A stretch of DNA of 15,143 nucleotides from NCBI GenBank assembly GCA_003558085.1, contig PWMT01000038.1:1-15143 (forward strand). Reading direction: 5' to 3'. Numbering within the stretch: position 1 is the first letter of the stretch; every line of letters begins with the position of its first letter. Source of the stretch: Methanobacteriaceae archaeon (GTDB taxonomy: Archaea > Methanobacteriota > Methanobacteria > Methanobacteriales > Methanobacteriaceae). Below, in pieces: positions 14,625-15,143 of the stretch. The notes beneath the pieces were generated by a model. The model was given only the letters and a program-made list of their open reading frames with translations. It made no database searches and had not been told where the DNA came from. The translations under genes and the position numbers were made by a program.

Positions 14625-15143
14625 AATTCTATCCTCCTGTGAGGTATTCTATCTTTAAACTCTTGTAAAACGTGTTCATCTTTATAATTTAGTACACGAA
14701 TAAGAGAAGGGTAATTTTCTATATATTTAGAAATTGTTTCCTTATCAACTTTTGCCTCCAGAGCAGATAAAACCCTCTCTTGATAATGGGTGGAAAATCC
14801 CCAGGAAATACATTTTCTAAGTTGATTTAAATTTGTTATAGGTCGCTCTTTAATAATGTTATCTACGGTTACATCATCTATTAAAGCTAGAGATAATAAA
14901 TCCTCTTTATTGTATTCGTTAGCTGTTTTCAGGATGCTTATTTTATCTCTAATATTATGTAAAGGTGCTCTGTGGGCATCCATTTCTTGTTTTAGAACTT
15001 CTATAGTTGTGGGAGGTAGCATATGCTGAGCCTGCTTTAATTCATCTTTTAATATGGCCTGGCGAATTAGGGTTCCACTAACATCAGGGATGCGTTCTAC
15101 AAAAATGAATTTATTTTTAAAACCAAATCCAATTTTGGTAAGG
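14615..15143 (-). CDS. 3' part of a HIGH-superfamily nucleotidyltransferase (TmcAL/DUF795-like); 5' end lies outside the window
   Basis: The frame stays open to the window edge: [46 protein letters not shown]... 'VER....SGTLIR' resembles the S(A/G)TxIR motif of the family. Stop overlaps the FKBP start by 10 nt. The ATG at 15022 in the ORF track is an internal Met. Confidence 0.65.
   Translation of the reverse strand, partial: LTKIGFGFKNKFIFVERIPDVSGTLIRQAILKDELKQAQHMLPPTTIEVLKQEMDAHRAPLHNIRDKISILKTANEYNKEDLLSLALIDDVTVDNIIKERPITNLNQLRKCISWGFSTHYQERVLSALEAKVDKETISKYIENYPSLIRVLNYKDEHVLQEFKDRIPHRRIELWQ

Overview
AT-rich, gene-dense archaeal chromosomal segment, most likely from a methanogen of the Methanobacteriales (Methanobacterium-like). 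The evidence is a methanogen-type SerRS, mfnA, aTrm56, archaeal rpl10e and GGTGA/GGAGG/GGGGA ribosome-binding sites. There are 17 credible CDSs in this order: PII-like MJ1244-family protein (-), CobZ with a CbiZ-like N-terminal domain (+), cobS (+), trm56 (+), a membrane-anchored PQQ-type sugar dehydrogenase (-), upp (+), fumarate/tartrate hydro-lyase beta subunit (-), mfnA (-), ppsA (-), rpl10e (-), CooC-like ATPase (+), a KEOPS Pcc1/Pcc2-family subunit (+), serS (+), a B-box zinc-finger membrane protein (+), a DUF2085-like membrane protein (+), a long FKBP PPIase (-), and the 3' part of a HIGH-family nucleotidyltransferase (-). I see no rRNA, tRNA, transposase, cas gene or convincing CRISPR array, so the region is mostly housekeeping. 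The most unusual signals are the exported quinoprotein dehydrogenase in an anaerobic methanogen, the apparently degenerate CbiZ domain fused to CobZ, a 27-bp tandem repeat in the ppsA leader, a ~49-bp-period repeat between two convergent genes, the Pcc2-like KEOPS subunit, and an uncharacterised pair of zinc-binding membrane proteins behind serS. Family assignments come from recognising motifs by eye; no database search was run.
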